The translations under genes were made by a program, and so were the position numbers. A stretch of 63,472 nt of DNA, filler included, from Octopus bimaculoides (lineage: Eukaryota): NCBI RefSeq assembly GCF_001194135.2. It is 5 parts of 5 records of this genome, joined end to end, with 100 filler letters (N's around TTAATTAATTAA, not from the genome) between each part and the next. Parts side by side here need not be neighbours in the genome. Positions count along the whole stretch, not along the records: positions 61,431 to 63,472 come from NC_068984.1; 4 more parts are not named here. One strand, 5' to 3'. This document shows positions 63,422-63,472 of this stretch, in pieces; positions within the stretch are counted from its first letter, which is position 1; every line of letters begins with the position of its first letter. The notes under the pieces were generated by a model. That model ran no database searches. It worked only from the letters and a program-made list of their open reading frames with translations, and was not told the origin of the DNA.

Positions 63422-63472
<51 letters not shown>

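Noticed and set aside
1-63472. Conserved miRNA, rRNA or other snRNA genes
   Set aside because: A by-eye scan for well-known bilaterian mature miRNAs and structural RNAs found none besides U6. An Infernal/Rfam search would be needed to exclude them.

Overview
AT-rich, microsatellite-dense metazoan genomic DNA with many N gaps. The SINE families and repeat landscape suggest a cephalopod, probably Octopus (inference). The window is mostly intronic or intergenic and filled with tRNA-head SINEs, Tc1/mariner relics, R4/Dong RLE-LINE 3' fragments, Penelope-like pieces, a Gypsy gag remnant and probable L1/Tx1 remnants. No protein-coding gene could be named. There is a candidate minus-strand gene end (exons near 17.3 kb and 7.1 kb), a compact E-box/CCAAT/GC-box promoter candidate at 22.1 kb with a plus-strand splice donor, and weaker plus-strand exon candidates. 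The best finding is a near-full-length U6 snRNA copy fused directly, after exactly four Ts, to the 3' tail shared by the local SINEs, inserted in a (TA)n tract. This is either a U6/retroposon chimera or a member of a U6-headed SINE family. Other notable structures are several fold-back elements (a 362-bp hairpin MITE, a 153-bp near-perfect palindrome, mariner derivatives built from two 3' ends or two 5' ends, and an inverted-repeat Penelope fragment), degenerate hammerhead-ribozyme-like motifs, a head-to-tail stack of Dong LINE ends, and three exact local copies of one 220-bp segment. Most long entries in the ORF track are artefacts of N gaps or simple repeats. Coordinates were counted by eye, and repeat boundaries are approximate.
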